DNA of 64,000 nt from an uncultured Actinomycetota bacterium (lineage in GTDB: Bacteria; Actinomycetota; Actinomycetes; JAHEKZ01): the NCBI GenBank assembly GCA_963718235.1, contig CAVQYR010000002.1:128001-192000 (forward strand), given 5' to 3'. Below the pieces are notes generated by a model, which worked only from the letters and a program-made list of their open reading frames with translations, made no database searches and was not told the origin of the DNA. This document shows, one piece after another, positions 57,409-64,000 of this stretch. Within the stretch, counting starts at the first letter, position 1, and each line of letters begins with the position of its first letter. Position numbers and translations under genes: made by a program.

Positions 57409-59019
57409 ATGAGTCGGGCTTCTCGCGTTGGAGGCCGCGGGCCGCGGCCAACGAGCGTCGGAGCTGGGGGTCATCAGTCTGGATCCGCGCGTCTCGTCAT
57501 CGTGACCTGCCTGGGGCTTGGTCTGCGGTACGGGCTACGCTGTACTACCGGTCGACCGCACCCGACGTTCCAGGCCACGGCGACTGTTCTGGTGATTCCG
57601 ACGTCCACGGGGTTGGATCGCGTCGGTTGCGGGCGGTCCCGAGCGTCGAGCGAGATCAACATGGACACCGAGGCCGAGATCGGCTCGGTCGGCGTCCATC
57701 GCTTCGTCGGCGTCATCGATCGACGGGAGGGGACCTGTCCGCTGATGACCTTCAGGCCAACGGCCGAGGTCACCGTCCCCACGAACAGCCAGGTCCTGGA
57801 GTTCACCGTTCAAGCCCCGACCGCGCGAACTGGCGAGCGACGGAGCGAACGCCCTGGCCGAGGCCTACCTGGCGCGTCGATCGGATGTGGCCGACTGGGG
57901 ACATCGACGGGCGCCAAGGCACGCATCTGACGAACTGCTGGAGGACAGCCAACGGCGAACTGGTGGAGCTCAGGAGCCAGGCCGACAGGCGGGTCCGCGG
58001 GCCAGCTCACCGACGACAAGATCGAGCTGGTGAAGGACGACATCTCCAACTTGCAGCAAGCAGCGTGCTGCCCTCGACCTCGGGACCACGGAGGGAGGAC
58101 AAGTCATCAGCGAGGCGGTCCCGCCCGAACCAGCCGGTGGCGCCCAAGTTGGCGCTCTCGCTGATTGCCGGCCTGGTCGCCGGAGCGCGCCCTTGCTGCG
58201 GCGTTGCTCCTCCTGATCGCGCTCCGCAGGCAGGCCCCTGAGCAACCGCTCGGCTCGCTGGCCACCGCGAAGTCAAGGTGCTGGCCTCGATCGGCGTCCA
58301 GCCGTCAGACGCCGGTCCCGGGCTCGACGAGGCGCGATCTGCGACGGACCTGTCGTGAGATCGCTTCCCTTCCCGGTGACCCCGGGCCGATCGCCCTGGT
58401 CGGCGGGCGCGACCCGGTGACCGGCACCCGGGTCGCCCTCCAGCTCGGGCGGGCCTGGGCGTCGGAGTTCGGCGAGAGCGTCGTCGTTGCAACAGACCGC
58501 GCCGCCAGGGACATCCTGCCGGCGGAGACCCGCGCATCGGCCGGGGGTCGTCGACCTCCTCCTCGACGGCGTGTCGCCGAACGAGTGCGCGACCCGGCTG
58601 CCGAGCTCCACCGCGATCGTCGTTGGCCCCGGGACCCGGCACGAGGTCCCCGACACGGTGCGACGCGCATCACCTGACGGGCGTGTGGGATGCCCTCGAC
58701 CACGAGTTCGGCGCGGTACTGGCCTCAGCGACTGAGTACAACAGTCCGCTGGGCGCCATGACCATCCAGACAGCGGGCCGCGTCATCGGGGTCGTGCAGG
58801 CCGACCACATGCGCGACCGCGACCTGCACACGATCTTCGACGCGCTCGACTCGCTCGCGGCCACCGAGACGACTGGTCGGAGTCATCGTCGTCGACGACC
58901 GGGGGCCCGGCGAGCCGCTCCCCGCGAGTGAACCGTCCCAACCCCTCCGGGTCACCAGCGATGTCGAGGCATCGACCCACGACCACCCTCTGGCCACTGG
59001 GCTCGGGAGCCGATCATGA
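57409..59019 (+). CDS. Polysaccharide chain-length determinant (Wzz/Wzc-like), heavily frameshifted
   Basis: FQATATVLV, INMDTEA, VTVPTNSQVLEFTV, second TM LSLIAGLVAG, degenerate kinase-like C-terminus; bounds approximate. Confidence 0.55.
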
Positions 59020-59951
59020 CGCAGTCGAACAGCACGCTTCCCGGTGTCTCCGTCGTCATCCCGACCCGCGGACGACGTGAGCTCGTGCGCAAGGCGGTCG
59101 AGGCAGTGGTCGCGCAGCGTTACGACGGCGAGATCCAGTGCATCGTCGTGCACGACCAGGAGGAGCCCGACCACACGCTGGAGGAGCTCAGTCGAGACGG
59201 CCGTACCGTCCAGGTCACCTTCAACACCGGTCAGACCGGGCTTGCCGGTTCCAGGAACTTCGGTCTCGAGCTGGTCGAGCACGACATCATCGCCTCGTGT
59301 GACGACGACGACTGGTGGGAGTCGGACAAGGTCCGGATGCAGGTTGCACGGCTGACCCTCCACCCGGAACTCTTGGTCGTCGGCGCCGGGATTCGCCTGC
59401 TCATGGCCGAGGACCGAGTCGTGGAGTGGCTGGGATCGTCCGACCTCGTCACCCAGGAGGACCTCTTCCGGTCACGTCGCAAGGAGCTCCACTCCTCGAC
59501 GCTGATGATGCGACGGGCCGCCTTCGACCTGGCCGGAACGTACGACGAGAAGCTGCCCCAGGCCTACGCGGAGGACTACGAGTGGCTGCTGCGGGCCAGC
59601 CAGCATGGGCCGATCGGTGTCGTTCGGGCACCACTGGCCAACATCAAGAAGGACGGCCAGTCGTGGTTCCGCGAGCGGTCGGAGGTGATCGCCGAGGCCC
59701 TGGAGTACCTGCTGGCCCAGCACCCCGAGATCACCCGGTCCCGACGAGGTCATGCACGCATCCTCGGACAGATCGCGTTCGCCCGGGCCAACCTGGGTGA
59801 GCGGGCTGAGGCACTGTCGCTGATCAAGCAGTCGCTCGTGCTCTGGCCCCTGGCACCGCAGGCTGGTCTGGCCCTGTTCCAGGTGACCTTCCACACCGAT
59901 CCAAGGGTTCTCCTGCGAGGCGCAAGGGTGGTGGGTCGTGGCCTCTCGTGA
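59016..59951 (+). CDS. Glycosyltransferase family 2
   Basis: VSVVIPTRGR, GLAGSRNFG, ASCDDDDWW, AEDYEWLLR. Confidence 0.92.
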   Translation: MTQSNSTLPGVSVVIPTRGRRELVRKAVEAVVAQRYDGEIQCIVVHDQEEPDHTLEELSRDGRTVQVTFNTGQTGLAGSRNFGLELVEHDIIASCDDDDWWESDKVRMQVARLTLHPELLVVGAGIRLLMAEDRVVEWLGSSDLVTQEDLFRSRRKELHSSTLMMRRAAFDLAGTYDEKLPQAYAEDYEWLLRASQHGPIGVVRAPLANIKKDGQSWFRERSEVIAEALEYLLAQHPEITRSRRGHARILGQIAFARANLGERAEALSLIKQSLVLWPLAPQAGLALFQVTFHTDPRVLLRGARVVGRGLS

Positions 59952-60841
59952 CCATGCCGTAGGCGGCCCAACGACGCCGAACTTCATCTACATCGGCCCG
60001 GACAAGGCCGGATCATCGTGGCTGCACGAGTGCCTGCTGACCCACCCGCAGGTCTTCATGCCGGTGGCCAAGGACCTCTACTTCTTCGACCGCTACTACG
60101 ACCGTGGCCTCTCGTGGTACCTCTCGCAGTTCTCCGACGCCACGCCCACGCAGCGCGTCGTCGGCGAGGTCTGCCAGGACTACCTGTTCTGCTCTGAGGC
60201 CCCGGCTCGGATCGAGGAGTCCCTGGGGACTGCCCGGTTCATGGTCACGTTGCGCGATCCGGCCGACCGGGCGTTCTCGTCCTACCTGTACATGCTCAAG
60301 CAGGGGCAGACGCCGGGCACGTTCCTGGAGGCGCTCGAAGGTCGACCCGAGCTGATCGAGCATGGCCGGTACGCCACTGGGATCGAGCGGTTCGTCGACC
60401 GGTTCGGGAAGGACCAGCTCTACGTCGCCGTCTTCGACGACCTGGTCGCCGACCCGCAGGCGTTCATCGACGCGCTCCTGGTGTGGCTCGAGATCGACCC
60501 GATGACGCTCAGCGACGAGCTGCTGCAGGCCCGGCTGCCGGCCGGGAGCGCCCGCTCGGCCTCTGCTGGCGCGCTGGGCTCGGCGAGCGGCGGACGTCGT
60601 CCGCGAGCGGGACGGAGCCAACCTCGTGGGCCGGGTCAAGCGCTCGACCACAGTCCAGAAGCTGCTCTACCGGACCCTCGCCGACGACAAGCCGGTCATG
60701 TCGGAGGTCGAGCGTGCAGCGGTCCATGAAGCCTTGGCGGACGAGGTCGCGAGGCTCGACGCGACGTACGGGCTCGGTCTCGCCCAGCGTTGGGGATGGT
60801 CGCTGGTCGGGTCAGCGTCAGTCGACGACGCGGGGGCGTAG
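59938..60841 (+). CDS. PAPS-dependent sulfotransferase (frameshift near 60570)
   Basis: PNFIYIGPDKAGSSWL (5'-PSB), HPQVF..KDLYFFD, LRDPADRAFSSY (3'-PB). Confidence 0.85.
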
Positions 60842-62230
60842 TGTCGCTGGCCGAGCCGGTCACGCTCGTCGTCGATCGCCCCCAACCGCAGGGCTCCCGA
60901 CTGTCTGCGTTGGCTGGGGCCGGGCTGGCCGCTGAAGGTGCTGCTTGCTCGGGCGTGCCCGTCTGGTGGGCGCTTGGGCGTCGGCCCCGTCGTCTATCTT
61001 CGTGGCCTGCTGCTGGTCATGGCCGGTGCAGATTGTGCGGCGCGGCGCGCCTTCGCCCACCCGCGGCGTTCGGCGTCTGGCTGTTGTTCCTGATCTGGGT
61101 CGGGGCGGGAGTGCTCGTGCTGTGGGCACACGCTCCTGGCTCGGTGGACGGCGGAGGGCCTGGGCGTCTCGTCGGCTTCGTGTTCTGGGGGCTGTGGTAC
61201 CTCTCGGTCACTGTCGCCATGATCTACCCCCTCAGCTTCCCGTCGCATGTGCTGTCCGCCCGCACCGTGGCCGAGTGGCTCGCCGTCTTGTTCCTGGTCG
61301 TTGCTGCTGGCGGGCTGCTTGGAGTCCTGTTTCCCACCTTCGAGTTCACCTCTCCGATGGAGATGATCGTTCCCGGGCGCCCAGGGTGAAGGGTTCATCC
61401 ACACGATGATCCACCCTTCTCTGGCCACCCAGAGTGACTTCCTTGGGTATGAGCAGCCGCGTCCGAATGCGCCCTATGCCTACCCCAACGCATGGGGCAA
61501 CAACTTCGCTCTGCTCCTGCCCTTCTTTGTCTTCGCGTGGGGTACGAGTGCGCGGCGATGGAAGCGGCGTCGCCGTGCCGTTCGTGCATCGCAGTGGCCA
61601 TGGTGCCCGTGGTCCTGTCGCTGAATCGGGGTCTGTGGCTCGGTCTGGGGGTCTTGCTCGTCTACGCGGTCGTCCAACCTGGTCCGTGGCGGTGCACTAC
61701 CGCGTCCTGCTGGCCATCTCGTCTGCGTCGGAGTCGCCGTCGTGGTCGTCATGACGACCCCTCTGGTCGACACGATTCAACTGCGACTCGAGACGCCGCA
61801 CAGCAATGCTCGTCGCACAACGGTGGCCGAGACGGTGATCGGTCCACGTGGGAGGGGTCACCCCTTCTCGGATTCGGTTCGACCCGTCAGGTTCAGGGGA
61901 GCTTCGACTCGATCGCGGGTGGGGAGACACCCGACTGCCATCAGTGCGCCGCGCCGCCGCTGGGGACGCAGGGATTCCTGTGGCGCCTCGTGTTCACCAC
62001 GGGCTTCGTCGGAACGGCTCTCTTCTACACGTTCATGGCCATCCAGTTCGCTGAAGCATGTTCGGAGACGGGATCCGGTCTCGGTGGCTGGCTGCATGGT
62101 GCTCACGATGTCCTTCTTCTTCTTCATCGTCTACGACTCGCTTGAGTCTCCACTTTTCATTCTCATGCTGGCCATCGGGCTCATGAACCGACAGCGGCTC
62201 GAAGACGACGACCGACAATCCCATCTGCTC
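60841..62230 (+). CDS. O-antigen ligase/Wzy polymerase-like membrane protein, frameshifted
   Basis: Multi-TM fragments; RPNAPYAYPNAWG, LSLNRGLW, SPLLGFG, LGTQGFLW; end approximate. Confidence 0.7.
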
Positions 62231-63138
62231 GGCCGAGCCACACTCTTGAGGACTCGACGTGGCCACACTCAAGCAACGAGCACCTGCACGGACATCAAGC
62301 AGCTCGGGCGACGCATCTACGTCCCCGTCGGCGAGATGACGTCGTCGCTCGAGGATGGCTCCGTCGTTCATCGTGGCGGGGGCACAGCGATGCGGCACGA
62401 CGAGTCTCTATCGAGCGCTGCTGACGCATCCTGCCGTGCTTTCGGCCGCGTTTCACAAGGGAGTGAACTACTTCGACGTGAACTACGACAAGGGGATGTC
62501 GTGGTACCGAGGGCACTTTCCCCTTCGAGGCACTGCGTCGCTTCGCACGCGGGGTTCGGGCGAGCCCCCAGTCGACCTTCGATGCCAGCGGCTACTACAT
62601 GTTCCATCCGCTGGCCGCTGAGCGGATCGGACGCGATCTGCCGAGGTCAAGGTCCTGGTTCTCGTCAGAGACCCGATCGAACGTGCCTACTCCGCATACC
62701 GGCATGAGTACGCGCGCGGCTTCGAGACGGAGTCGTTCGAGCGCGCCCTTGCTCTTGAGGACGAGCGAGTCCAGCCCGAGCTCGAGCGGATGCTGGCGGA
62801 CCACTCGTACCAGAGCGACAGCTACCGCCACCACGCCTACCGAAGGCGGGGCCAGTACGACGAGCAGCTTGCGCCGACTGGCCGATGCGGTTGGGCGAGA
62901 GCGACTCTTGCGTGGTCGAGAGCGAGTCGTTCTTCTCCGAGCCGGAGGTCGAGTACCGTCGGATCCTCGACTTCTTGGGGCTTCGCCCGCACGTCCCGAA
63001 GCGCTTCGACCGATGGAATGCGCGCCCGGGAGCCGAGATCCCCTCGGGAGCCCAGCGGTTCCTCGACGAGCGCCTTCCGAGATCACGACGAGCGCTTGGC
63101 GCGAGTACCTCGGTCGTGCTCCCAGTTGGCAGCGGTGA
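62200..63138 (+). CDS. Second PAPS-dependent sulfotransferase, frameshifted
   Basis: PSFIVAGAQRCGTTSLY, KGVNYFD, LVRDPIERAYSAY, RGQY; start approximate. Confidence 0.8.
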
Positions 63139-63194
63139 GCCGTCAGCATGTACCAAGCGCCCATCGTAGTAGGTCCTTCAGATCCGATCTTCGC

Positions 63195-63947
63195 ATGCGA
63201 TACGCGCGCCACGAATGTGGAGGCGGCTCGTCATCGGTGCCCTTTGCGGCATGTTGGTCGGAGTCGCTTGGGTCGTGGCGACCCCGAAGACCTACAAGGC
63301 AACGGCGGCGATTGAGCTGAGCGAGGCATCCCCGCAGGTGAGTCTCGCCGAGGATGGACCGCGAGGGCAGGACGTCAGCGTCGATACCGATGCGCTCATC
63401 GTGGCTTCCGACCCAGTCGTGGACTCCGTCGCCCGAGAGGGGGACCGCTCGCCTTCTCAGGTGCGTGAGCACTTGACGGTTTCGGCGCGTCCCCTGACAC
63501 GCGTGATGACCATTACGTTACACGGCTGACAGCGCGAGCGCAGCGGTACGAGGCGCGCAAGTGGCGGCGGAAGCCTTCTTGGTGGAGCGTGAACGCCTCA
63601 TCATCGCACCTGTGCGTGACTACCTGGACCGTGTGACTGATCGACAGATTGGCGTCGGCGCTGCGTCGGTGGGAGCGGTCACAGAGGCGTCAGAGGCGGA
63701 CCTTTGGTCTTTGGAGCTTCGACGTCAAGCGGCCGTCGCCAAGCGGGTGCGCCTCGCTGCCGCGGGTGAGATTCTCGAGAATGCGCGATTGACTGCCGTT
63801 GGATACCGCGGGGAGCGGGAGGTCCCCGTTGCCAGCGGGGCCGCCCTCGGGGTCCTGACCGTCCTTCTGTTCGGAGCGGTAGGTGCGCGACGCCGTGGCG
63901 AGCGGCGCGCCCGACCCCAACGTCAGCCAGTTGGGCAGGCCACATGA
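63195..63947 (+). CDS. Second Wzz-like chain-length/co-polymerase protein, frameshifted
   Basis: N-terminal TM then PKTYKATAAI, VSVDTDALIV, C-terminal TM. Confidence 0.55.
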
Positions 63948-64000
63948 GGCGTAACTCGGCTGGTGGCCCGTCCGGTGGGCGATCGCGGACGAGGCGACTG

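Overview
Very GC-rich actinobacterial (Actinomycetes) chromosomal window with no rRNA, tRNA, CRISPR array, integrase or transposase. The first ~23 kb follows the conserved actinobacterial gene order (XPB helicase, helicase-associated WYL protein, cspB, DUF2771, DUF3027, sacsin-like GHKL ATPase, DUF2530, serC, citA, pdxH), interrupted by accessory genes. Next come a chromosomal ParA + ribbon-helix-helix gene pair with five upstream 13-bp direct repeats, a LexA-box-controlled DUF222/HNH gene, a photolyase, ideR, and a CsoR-family persulfide operon with two visible operators. These are followed by amine-catabolism genes (including a pyrrolysine-free MttB next to a dimethylglycine-dehydrogenase-like gene), secreted proteins, an ABC exporter and the start of a polysaccharide locus with two sulfotransferases. 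Many genes appear leaderless (TAnnnT + 6-8 nt + start codon). Frameshifts become dense after ~54 kb, probably from long-read consensus errors, so coordinates there are approximate. Best novelty candidates: (1) a plasmid-type-Ib-like partition cassette in the chromosome, (2) a structured intergenic RNA encoding a 12-aa peptide, (3) a 6C-like two-hairpin leader before a PQ-loop transporter, (4) an MttB module with no corrinoid protein in the cluster, and (5) a sulfated polysaccharide locus. All family assignments come from motif recognition; no database searches were run.
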